A stretch of DNA of 20,000 bases from Chiloscyllium plagiosum (lineage: Eukaryota): positions 1,397,604 through 1,417,603 of the forward strand of contig NC_057719.1 in NCBI RefSeq assembly GCF_004010195.1, read 5' to 3'. A program made the position numbers and the translations under genes. This document shows positions 11,322-20,000 of this stretch, piece by piece (position 1 is the first letter of the stretch; every line of letters begins with the position of its first letter). The notes beneath the pieces were generated by a model. The model saw only the letters and a list, made by a program, of their open reading frames with translations, was not told the DNA's origin and did not search any database.

Positions 11322-11497
11322 AGTTCCTTCAATGTTGCTGGGTCAAAATCTCTCTTATGACATTGTGGGTCTTCCTACAACGCACGGAATGTAATGGTTC
11401 AAGAAAGTACTTCACCACCACCTTCTCAAGGACAGGTAATAAATGATGGCCCAGCCAGTGACATCCACATCCCATGATTCCATATTTTTAAAAAAGA
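11322..11497 (+). mobile_element. CR1-like LINE 3' end (second family)
   Basis: ttccttcaatgttgctgggtcaaaatc..caccaccaccttctcaagg..ccagtgacatccacatcccatga then A-rich end; reverse complement of 7303-7460. Confidence 0.8.
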
Positions 11498-12212
11498 TTA
11501 AAGTCTGTCAACCCCAGCATGACTTATTTGTCTCTAATATCTGTTTCCTGTTTACCTATAATAGGATTTTCCTAAGTGCCCTTCAGTGCTTTGTCAGGGG
11601 TGTTAGCCTGCATTATAGATTCAGGTCATCAATCCGCAGGTTACACTGGTGTGAATGAATGTGGTTTGCTCGCTGAGTGGTGTGAATGCTATGAGGCCTC
11701 ATCTTTTGAAACCGGTTAGTCATACATGATAGGAACAGACCTTTCTGTCGGATTCGTCGGCACTGACCAGACATCCCAATCTCATCTAGTCCCATTAGCC
11801 AGCATTTGGCCCATATCCCTCCAAACCCTTCCTATTCGTATACCCATCCAGATGCCTTTTAAATGTTGTAATTATACCAGCCTCCATCACGTCCTCTGGC
11901 AGCTCATTCCACACACGTACCACCCTCTGTGAAAAAGTTTTGCCTTAGGTCCCTTTTAAATTGTTCCCCTCTCACCGTAAACCTATGCCTTCTCGTTTTG
12001 GACTCTCCTAGCCTGGGAAAAAAAGACCTTTGCTTTTCACCCTATCCATGTCCCTTATGATTTTATAGACCTCTATAAGGTCACCCCTCAGTCTCCAAAG
12101 CTCCCAGCCTTTTCAGTCTCCCTAAAATGAAAACCCTCCAGTCCTGGCAAAACCCTTATAAATCTTCTCTGCATCCTTTCAAGTTTAACAGCAGTTTTGC
12201 TCAAGTGTCTGG

Positions 12213-12294
12213 GTAGTTGTGGCCGAGTGGTTAAGGTGAGGGATTTGGAATTCTTTGGGGCTTCCCTGTGCAAGTTTGAATCCTACCGGCTATG
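12213..12294 (+). pseudogene. tRNA-Ser pseudogene (82 nt, long variable arm)
   Basis: gtagttgtggccgagtggttaaggtgagggatttggaattctttggggcttccctgtgcaagtttgaatcctaccggctatg aligns end to end with the vertebrate tRNA-Ser GTAGTCGTGGCCGAGTGGTTAAGGCGATGGAC..GGTTCGAATCCTGCCGACTACG; many CpG-type changes, damaged B box, no CCA. Confidence 0.9.
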
Positions 12295-12322
12295 GCTGGG
12301 GGTGGAGTTTGCTTCCGATTTT

Positions 12323-12645
12323 GGGGGGCGGCATAGTGGATCACTGGTTAGCACTGATGCTTTACAGCACCAGGGACCCGGGTTCAATTCCCCCCTTGGG
12401 CAACTGTCTGTGTGGAGTTTGCACATTCTCCCCGTGTCTGTGTAGGTTTCCTCCGGGTGCTCTGGTTTCCTCCCACAGTCCAAAAATGTGCAGGTCAGGT
12501 GAATTGGCCAGGCTAAATTGCTCGTAGTGTTAGGTGCATCGGGCTAATGTAGCGAAATGCGTCTGGGTGGGTTAGTCTTCGGAAGGTTGGTGTGGACTTG
12601 TTGGGCCAAATGGCCTGTTTTCAAACTGCAGAGAATCTAATCTAA
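12323..12645 (+). mobile_element. HE1-like SINE, essentially full length
   Basis: tRNA-like head (tagtggatcactggttagc; gggttcaattcc), V-domain gtgtggagtttgcacattctccccgtgtctg..ggtttcctccgggtgctc, LINE-like tail ending aatctaatctaa. Confidence 0.92.
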
Positions 12646-13173
12646 CATCCTTCCTGTAAATGACCAGAATTGAACGCATTATTTCAAAAGTAACCTCACC
12701 AATGTCCTGTCCAGTCACAACATGACATCCCAACTTCTATATCCAGTGTTCTGACCAATGAAGGCAAGCATGCCAATCACCACCTATGTCTTCACTTTCA
12801 AGGAACTACGTACCTATACATTGTTTGGCAACATTCCCCAGGGCCTTATCTTTAAGTGTATAAGTCCTGCCCTGGTTTACATTACCAAGATGCAACACTT
12901 TTACATTTAGCTAAATTAAACTCCATCTGTCATTCATTGGCCCATCTGATCAAGGGTGCGTAGTATACAGTTAACCAGTACTTGGTGCCTATTGTTGGTC
13001 ACAGGCCTCCAGTCTGAAAAACAACCCTCTATCACTATGCTGTGACTCCTAACTTTAAATTAATTTTGTAAACTGATTGGCTGTCTTCCACCCTGACTCC
13101 ATGTGATCTAATTGCTAACCAGTCTATCATGGGGAACATTGTTGGACGCTTTGCTGAATCCCATATAGACAAC

Positions 13174-13326
13174 GGAGCAGGAAGTGAGGACTGCAGATGT
13201 TGGAGATAAGAGACAAAAAGTGTGTGCTGGAAAAGCACAGCAGGACAGGCAGCATCAGAGGAGCAGGAGAATCAATGTTTTGGGCATAAGCCCTTCATCA
13301 GGAATGTGAGGCCACACTTTTTGACC
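13174..13326 (-). mobile_element. Short hammerhead-motif element with a small inverted terminal piece
   Basis: Minus strand: cattcCTGATGAaGGGCttatGCCCaaaacattgattctcctgctcc.. (core decayed at CpGs). 13313-13322 is inverted relative to 13214-13223. Flanks CCCATATAGAC (13160-13170) and CCCAAATAGAC (13327-13337). Confidence 0.85.
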
Positions 13327-13372
13327 CCCAAATAGACGCTGTCTATTGCTCTCCTTTCATCACTCATCTTGG

Positions 13373-14153
13373 GATAAAGGGGTCATATTTAGGAGGGCAG
13401 CAGGTGATTCAAGGAGCTCCAGAGGGGGTGTTAGGACCACAACTATTTATGTTAAACATTAATGATCTGAATGAAGGAACTGAGGGCATTGTTGCTAAGT
13501 TTGTAGATGACACAAAGATAGGTAGAGGGACAGATAGTGTTGAGGATACAGGGAGGCTGCAGAAGGATTGGAGTGTGGGCAAAGAACTGGCAGATGGAAA
13601 ACATTATGTATGAGGTTAAGCACTTTGGTAGGAAGAATAGAGACGTAGACTATTTTTTTAAATGAGAAAGCTTTCAGAAATCTGAAACACAAAGGAACTT
13701 GAGAGTCCTTATTCAAGATTCTCTTAAGGTTAGCATGCATGTTCAGTTGGCAATTAGGAAGGCAAATGCAATGTTTGCATTCATTTTAAGAGGGCAATAA
13801 TACAAGAGCAGAAATGTCATACTGAGATTGTAAAAGGCTCTGTTCTGACCACATTTGGAATACAGTATTGTGAACAGCTTTTGGCTTTGTATCTCAGGAA
13901 GGATATGCTAGCATTAGAGGGATCTAGAGGAGGCTTACAAGAATGATCCTGGGGTTGAAGGTCTTGTCATATGAGGAGCGATTGAAGACTGTGGGTCTGT
14001 ACGTGATGACAGATCAATGAGAGGTGTTCTGATTCAAACTTAGACAATACTGAGAGGCCTGGATGCAGTAGACATGTAGAAGATATTTCCACTTGTAGGA
14101 GAGACTAAGACCTGATGGCACAGCCTCAGGGTAAAGGGATGATGCTTTCGAAC
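13373..14153 (+). mobile_element. CR1-clade LINE ORF2 fragment (RT to C-terminus)
   Basis: ORF 13404-13613: GAPEGVLGPQLFMLNINDL..VAKFVDDTKIG (RT FADD motif); downstream matches 1-450. Confidence 0.92.
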
Positions 14154-14159
14154 TCTCCC

Positions 14160-15105
14160 TTTCAGGCTCTCCCTGTCCACCCTATCTAACCCCCTGATTA
14201 TCTTCTATGTCTCTATTAAGTCACCTCTCAATCTTCTTCTCTCTAACGAGAACAGCCTCAAGGCCCTCAGCCTTTCCTCGTAAGACATTCCTTCCATTCC
14301 AGGCAACATCCTAGTAAATCTCCTCTGCACCCTTTCCAAAGCTTCCACATCCTCCTTATAATGCAGTGACCAGAACTGTACACAATACTGTGGCTGTACC
14401 AGAGCTTTGTACAACTGCAGCATAACCTCCTGGTTCTGGAACTCAATCCCTCTATTAATAAAGGCCAAAACACTGTATGCCTTCTTAACAACCCTGTCAA
14501 TCTGGGTGGCAACATTCAGGGATCTGTGTACATGTGCCACCTCTCAGCCCAGCTCTGCATCCTTTCTATGTCTCTCTGCAACCTACTACATCCTTCGTCA
14601 CTATCCACAACTCCACCGACCTTAGTGTCATCCGCAAATTTACTAACCCACTCTTCTAAGCCCTCATCCAGGTCATTTATAAAAATGACGAACAGCAGTG
14701 GACCCAACACCGACCCTTGTGGTACGCCACCAGTAACTGGACACCAAGATGAATATGCTGAAAATGTGTTGCTGGAAAAGCACAGCAGGTCAGGCAGCAT
14801 CCAAGGAGCAGGAGAATCGACGTTTCGGTCATGAGCCCTCATGCCCGAAACGTCGATTCTCCTGCTCCTTGGATGCTGCCTGACCTGCTGCGCTTCTCCA
14901 GCAACACATTTTCAGCTCTGATCTCCAGCAGCTGCAGTCCTCACTTTCTCCACCAAGATGAATATGTTCCGTCAACTACAACCCTCTGTTTTCTTTCAGC
15001 AAGCCAATTACTGATCCAAACTGCTTTGTCTCCCACAATCCCATTCCTCCGCATTTTGTATAATAGCTTACTGTGGGGAACCTTATCGAACACCTTGCTG
15101 AAATA
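14160..15105 (-). mobile_element. Relatively young CR1 ORF2 fragment (RT domain), internal deletion near 14537, interrupted at 14758-14950
   Basis: FSKVFDKVPHSKLL..WISNWLAERKQRVVVDG / [32 protein letters not shown] / QIDRVVKKAYSVLAFINRGIE..LERVQRRFTRMLPG. Confidence 0.95.
14758..14950. mobile_element. Palindromic (head-to-head) copy of the short hammerhead-motif element, with 16-bp target duplication
   Basis: Arms 14757-14835 and 14838-14916 (79 bp, 3 mismatches); CACCAAGATGAATATG at 14742-14757 and 14951-14966. Confidence 0.93.
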
Positions 15106-15124
15106 TGATTTCTGAAGAATCTTA

Positions 15125-16000
15125 ATATGAATTTGGGTGGGAAAGTTAGACATGAGGGAGAAACAAGGACGCTACAGAAGAGTTTAGATAGGTCAAGTGA
15201 TTCAGTGAAAATGTGTAGGATGTGAGAAACTGTCCACTTTGATAGGGAAAATGAAAGAAAAAAGGAGAATATTATTAAAACTGGCATTCATGGTGAGCTG
15301 GTTGCACATGTAGATTAATCACAAAGTTTGCATGCAGATTCAGCAAGCAGTTGGGAAGGCAAATTGGATGTTGATTTTAATTACAAAACAGTTATAGCAT
15401 AGGAATAAAATGAGTGGTTTTGAAACTATGTAAAGCCTTGAGATCACATTTGGAGTATTGTGTAGTACCCAGGGTAATTAACAATGAGTAATGCTGGCCC
15501 ACCTAGTAAAGCCCTCATACCCTTAATGAATATAAAAATGTACTGTGTGATTGCCTCATTCAATGAACGATTTCCTGAAAGGGTTTTTACAGGTTTACCA
15601 CATTGATTGCTGAACCAGGGAGAGGTTAGGAATGATTTGAGTAGGTTAAGCCAATATTTCCTGGAGATTAGAAAAGTAGGAGACAACATTGTTGGAGCAG
15701 GTAAAGTTGTTATAGGGCTTGTTGGGCTGGATGCTGACAGGCTGTTTAATTGAATCTCTAACACGGATCACCCTCTCGGGGTAAGGGGCTATTCTTTTAC
15801 GTTTGGGATGATGAGAAATTTCAAGGTTGAAATTCTCTGGATGACCACAGCTTGCTTGAGTGGCCATTGAGAGAGTTTGACATTTTTAGATGGGCGATGA
15901 TGAGAAAAGGTGAAATTGAGATTGAAAATCAGTCATGATCATATTGATTCACAGAGCAAGCCTAAGGATCAAATAGCCTCCACTGCTTAGTCTCTGTTGA
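15125..16000 (+). mobile_element. Old degenerate CR1 3' fragment (with a short second-family tail at ~15470-15540)
   Basis: cagcaagcagttgggaaggcaaattggatgttg..agatcacatttggagtattgtgt..aatcagtcatgatcatattga parallel to 13740-13880 and 595-660. Confidence 0.7.
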
Positions 16001-16175
16001 ACTTAGTAGTGTGCTCACACTGTCCACAGCTGTTCCCACTGCCCATGCTTCTTAATATTTCTTCATACAGTCTGTCCTTTGTCAACATGGTAACCTTAGT
16101 TTTACATCCTTCTAAAAAAATCATACTTTAGTACTTTTTGTTCATTCACTTTGATTCTGAACTTTTATATTCCAG

Positions 16176-16256
16176 GTGCTGGTAAAGCTCCATCGCTGGG
16201 AACAGGGTTCCACACCAACCTTGGGAAGGAGTCACGTGCACAGACTTTACAGAATG
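16176..16256 (+). CDS. Candidate 81-nt internal exon of an unidentified host gene
   Basis: Unique, more GC-rich island; branch-like tctgaac, pyrimidine tract and CAG acceptor; ATG|gtaaat donor; length divisible by 3; two frames open. No protein recognised. Confidence 0.35.
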
Positions 16257-16359
16257 GTAAATGAGCAACAATTTTGACTTTTAGATGTCCTTGACTTGTC
16301 TTTTTCTTTCTTCCAGAACTGTTCATTGATCGTTTAATTAGAATGCTGTTTTAACATTG

Positions 16360-17355
16360 AATTTGTGCAAATGACATGAAGTTAGTGCAGTTGTGAATAG
16401 AGAAGAAGGTTATCAAAGGATACAGCTGGATGCAGAGTAGTTGGAAAGTTGCACAGAGAAATGACAGATGGAGTTTATTCCAGCCAACTGTGAGGAGATG
16501 CATCTTGGGAGGTCAAATGCAAGAGGAAGTTCTTCAGTAACTGGCAGAACCTTTAGCAGCATTGATGTACAGAGAGATCTTGGGTGCAAGTCCATAGCTC
16601 CCTGTATGTGGAAGCACAAGTGGATAAGCTGATAAATAAGGCATGTGACAAGCTTGTCTGTGAGGCAGCAGTGCTAACCACTGTGCCACCGTGCCACCCC
16701 AGATCTTGGGTGCAAGTCCATAGCTCCCTGTATGTGGAAGCACAAGTGGATAAGCTGATAAATAAGGCATGTGACAAGCTTGTCTTCATTGGTCAGAATG
16801 TTGTGTATAAAAGTTGGCAAGTCATGTTGCAGCTGTGTAAGATTTTAAGTTAGGCCACATTTGGAGTAGTGTGTGCAGTAACTGTTGCCACTCTATGTGA
16901 AGGATGTGGAGGTTTTGGAGACGGTGCAAAAGAGATTTACCAGGATCTTGCCCAGATTGAAATGTGGTAGGTATAAGAAGAGGTTTGGATTGTCTTTACT
17001 TGGATTGTTTTTATTGGAACATCAGAGGCTGAAGAAGGACCTGATCGAACTGTAGAAAATTGAGAGGCATAGACAGTGGAAAATTGGAATCTTTTTCCCA
17101 GGGTGGCAATATCAAATAATAGGGAGCGTAGGGGGCCTAAGGTGAGGGTGGGAAAGTTTAAGGAAGATTGCCAGGCAATGTTTTTTCAAATAAACTTGTT
17201 GGACTATAATCTGGTGTTGTGTGATTTTTAAGAAGCATTTGAAGGCAGAGAATATAGATTGATTAGAGGGGACTATATACAGGCAAATGTGATTAATTTA
17301 GAATGGCATCATGGTTGGTGGAGACATGTTGAACTGAAGGGCATTTTCCTGTGCT
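16360..17355 (+). mobile_element. CR1-clade LINE 3' fragment including tail
   Basis: WQMEF-like tgacagatggagttt, QRDLGVQVHSSL..QVDKLINKA..LVFIGQNVVYKSWQVMLQL; tail gaagggcattttcctgtgct. Confidence 0.9.
16575..16785. repeat. Perfect 85-bp direct duplication (16575-16659, 16701-16785) flanking an HE1 SINE 5' head (16658-16700, minus strand)
   Basis: Copies read identical base by base; the insert's reverse complement is ggggtggcacggtggcacagtggttagcactgctgcctcacag, matching 12325-12367. Confidence 0.95.
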
Positions 17356-17829
17356 AAATGTTCAGGGTTCTGTGTTTTGTTTTCCAATGTGATAGAGTCC
17401 TGGATGCACATAAATACTGAGGTTACCTTTCACTTTGACTGCAGTCTGTAGAGTGTTCTCTCAGTCTCTAATTGAATGAACTGACATTCGTATACGTCCC
17501 TTGTGGAATTAAGGCAAATTTGTTTTTTCATGGGTAGTGTGTTGTCACAATTCCAGTTGCTAGACTCCTGATTCTGTTCATTGAACAAATCTTTATCGTG
17601 TACAATACACTTCCATTGTGGACAGATTTAGAAAACTGATCCTGTGCTTTTTTTAAAAAACTCTAAATATTTTGCATCCTTCAATCTAACAGGAAGTGAT
17701 TTCTGTATGTGCACTGGCAGTTGTATCATGTGTTCTAAGTTTTGTCTATTTGTAATCTATTTATAATAATCTATGTGCATTTACTAACATTTCCAGTCCT
17801 GTCCATCAATCCACTCAAAACATGAAGCC

Positions 17830-18010
17830 TAGACTTGTCTCCCCAAAATACTGTGGATGGTGGGAGTTTGTTGAAATGTTACCCTCTGCAGATGGTAGAT
17901 TTTTTTAAATGCGTGAGTAGCAATGAAATGGAATGAAGTAAATAAATTGAATTAGGGTACGGGAAGCCATTGATCTAATTGAGTAGTAGAACAGGCATCC
18001 CGTGTTCATA
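17830..18010 (+). mobile_element. Very degenerate CR1 3' end
   Basis: gatggtagatttttt..agccattgatctaattgagtagtagaacaggc resembles 515-630. Confidence 0.45.
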
Positions 18011-18274
18011 AGCTAATTTGTTACATCACTGGAACAAAGAGATGATCTGCGCTGATTTTAAAAATTGTGTTCTCATGGCTGATGTTCACTGAGACAGCCC
18101 CAGGGCCTTGACAGCAGGAGAGGTTGATATTCTCAAGCTGGTAATAGGACCTGTAGGGTTAATCAGGCTCCTGCAGCTCCTTAAAGTGTAAGTGTTTGCC
18201 CTACCATTTAAGGCCATTTCTTTCCTGTCACTAGATAGCAATATCACAAGATAATTATGGTCAAGGAAACCTAT

Positions 18275-18492
18275 GAAAGAAAGACTTGTATTTGTACAAT
18301 TATGTTGTATTTTACAGCTTGTTGAAATACATTTAAGTGTATTCCCTGTAATGTCTGAAATACAGCAACCAATTTGCACATAGCAAGATTCCATAAATGG
18401 CAATATAATCATGAGCAAATATTTGTTTTAATGATGATGAATAAATATTAACCAATGGAGAAGCCAGTCAATTGGAGACAACTCCTCTGCTC
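18275..18492 (-). mobile_element. Deu-domain SINE, 3' part with tail
   Basis: Tail gaaagaaagacttgtattt; cagcaaccaatttgcacatagcaagattccataaa; aactcctctgctc. Confidence 0.75.
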
Positions 18493-19240
18493 AACAAAGG
18501 GCGAGGTCACATTAGATTTGGCATTGGGTAATGAACCTGGCCAGGTGTTAGATTTGGAGGTAGGAGAGCACTTTGGTGATAGTGACCACAATTAGGTTGT
18601 GTTTACTTTAGTGATGGAAAGGGATAGGTATTTTGCAAGGTTTGTGAAGGTTTGTAGCTCAGGTTGAGGTTTAGGGTGTAGGTTGGAATAGGCCACTGTT
18701 GGAATATTGCAAGAGTGCCAGGCCTCTAGGAATCCTCTCAGAAAACAGAGGAGAACCTCCTATACAATGTATTCAAGATGAACGGATACTCAAAAAATAT
18801 AGTCCGCAGATTCCTCAGGAACAAACAGACCAAACACAGCCAGAAACCCTAACCACCTAACCATACATCAAATAAGTTTCAGAAATGACAGCCAGACTAC
18901 TAAGACCCCTCGGAATCCTAGTAACAAACCCAGCAACACTCTCAAACAAAAACTAACAAACTTAAAAGACCCAGTACAACTCATGGACAAAACCAACGTC
19001 GTCTACAAAATTCCATGCAAGGACTGCCACAAACACTATGTAGGACAAACAGGAAGAAAGTTAGCCACCAGGATACACGAACACCAGCTAGCCACAAAAA
19101 GACACGATCCCCTCTCCCTCGTAGCCCTACACATGGAAGAAAAAAACCACCATTTTGACTGGGACAACACATCTATCCTGGAACAGGCTAAGCAAAGACA
19201 TGCCAGAGATCTCCTAGAGGCCTGGCACTCTAACCACAAC

Positions 19241-19333
19241 CCTCCTGATGAAGGGCTTTTGCCCGAAATGTCGATTTCGCTGCACCTTGGATGCTGCCTG
19301 AACTGCTGTGCTCTTCCAGTACCACTAATCCAG
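19241..19333 (+). mobile_element. Short hammerhead-motif element inserted into the Penelope ORF
   Basis: CTGATGA-a-GGGC-tttt-GCCC-GAAA-TGTC at 19245-19272; flanked by ACTCTAACCACAAC (19227-19240) and ACTCCAACCACAAC (19334-19347). Confidence 0.9.
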
Positions 19334-19498
19334 ACTCCAACCACAACGCCATAAACAAACACACAGATCTAGATACCATCTATCAACCCCTCAGAAAACG
19401 AACAGGAAATGACATCACCACAAACCCCAGGAATCCTATCCTGGACAAACATATAAATAGAAAGCAGGAGACAACAGCTTTGCTTCACTTGGAGGTCG

Positions 19499-19538
19499 CC
19501 ACTGATGATGTTACCTAGCCAGGTAATGAAACGTCTGG
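19499..19538 (+). ncRNA. Minimal type I hammerhead ribozyme in the Penelope 3' terminus
   Basis: Stem I CCA/TGG; core CTGATGA 19502-19508; stem II GTTACC-tagcca-GGTAAT; GAAA 19528-19531; palindromic ACGT stem III; GTC cleavage triplet 19533-19535. Confidence 0.85.
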
Positions 19539-19815
19539 ATATCAAACCTACAGCTCAGCGAGCAAACCCACCCTAAGGGATAGGTATATACACCGCAGGG
19601 CAAGAGTTATAGCTCAGGGAAAGGCAATTAGAATGCGATTAGGCAAGATTTAGGATGTGTAGGATGGGGAAGGAGATTGCAGGGATGGGCACAATTGAAA
19701 TATGGAGCTTATTTAAGAACAGCTACTTTGTGGCCTTGCTAAGTATGTACCTGTCAGGCAGTGATGAAGTAGTCGAGTGAGGGAGTGTGGTTTACTAAAG
19801 AAGTTGTATCTCTTG

Positions 19816-20000
19816 TCATCGAGACATAGAGATGTACAGCATGGAAACAGACCCTTCGGTCCAACCCGTCCATGCCGACCAGATATCCCAACCTAATCTA
19901 GTCCCACCTGCCAGACCCGGCCCATATCCCTCCAAACCTTTCCTATTCATATACCCATCCAAATGCCTCTTAAATGTTGCAATTGTACCAGCCTTTCCAC
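19816..20000 (-). mobile_element. HER1-like CR1 LINE 3' tail, running off the right edge
   Basis: catagagatgtacagcatggaaacagacccttcggtccaac..ggcccatatccctccaaacc matches 10631-10800 and 11719-11890. Confidence 0.92.

Larger units (their letters stand above)
11719..13372 (-). mobile_element. HER1-like CR1 LINE, interrupted at 12191-12645 and 13174-13326
   Basis: 3' UTR at 11719-11950; colinear with 10631-11321 and 677-1122 once the inserts are removed; RT-region remnant near 13000-13170. Confidence 0.88.
18632..19574 (+). mobile_element. Penelope-like retroelement, 5'-truncated, GIY-YIG endonuclease region plus 3' terminus
   Basis: EENLLYNVFKMNGYS..; NVVYKIPCKDCHKHYVGQTGRKLATRIHEH..HFDWDNTSIL..LEAWH (GIY-YIG); 13-bp TSD AAGGGATAGGTAT at 18619-18631 and 19575-19587; inverted terminal piece at 18632-18685. 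Confidence 0.93.
18494..19815 (+). mobile_element. CR1 ORF2 fragment (end of APE endonuclease), split by the Penelope element: 18494-18631 and 19588-19815
   Basis: TKGEVTLDLALGNEPGQVLDLEVGEHFGDSDHN (SDH motif)..MERDRY | ..PQGKSYS..AIRQDLG. Confidence 0.88.

Noticed and set aside
12213..12294. Functional tRNA with apparent TGG anticodon on a Ser body (recoding tRNA)
   Set aside because: Stems and B box are damaged by many transitions; the anticodon change is best explained by neutral decay.
16575..16785. CRISPR-like repeat-spacer-repeat
   Set aside because: Only two 85-bp repeats made of LINE sequence, in a vertebrate context with no cas genes.
18983..19518. Stand-alone or domesticated GIY-YIG nuclease gene
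   Set aside because: Upstream stops and frameshifts, a frameshifting insert and TSDs show it is a dead Penelope fragment.

Overview
Eukaryotic, repeat-saturated non-coding DNA. The repeat families (HER1/CR1 LINEs, HE1 V-SINEs, Deu-domain SINEs, Rex1, L2) point to a cartilaginous fish, probably a shark; this is inference. There is no intact protein-coding gene: most listed ORFs are decayed retrotransposon fragments or microsatellite artefacts, and the rest have no recognisable product. One weak 81-nt candidate exon lies at 16176-16256. The main signal is a hammerhead-ribozyme/Penelope system. (1) A truncated Penelope-like element with a GIY-YIG domain (18632-19574, 13-bp TSD) carries an intact minimal hammerhead at 19499-19538. 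(2) A different, non-coding 60-190 bp element carrying a hammerhead motif occurs at four loci: as a TSD-flanked insert inside the Penelope ORF, as a TSD-flanked 79-bp-arm palindrome folded at ribozyme stem II, and at 6775 and 13174. Also present are a tRNA-Ser + flank + HE1 SINE chimera inserted into a LINE, a perfect 85-bp duplication around a SINE 5' head, and a probable solo LTR nested in an L2. Family names come from recalled consensus similarity, not database searches; boundaries of old repeats are approximate.
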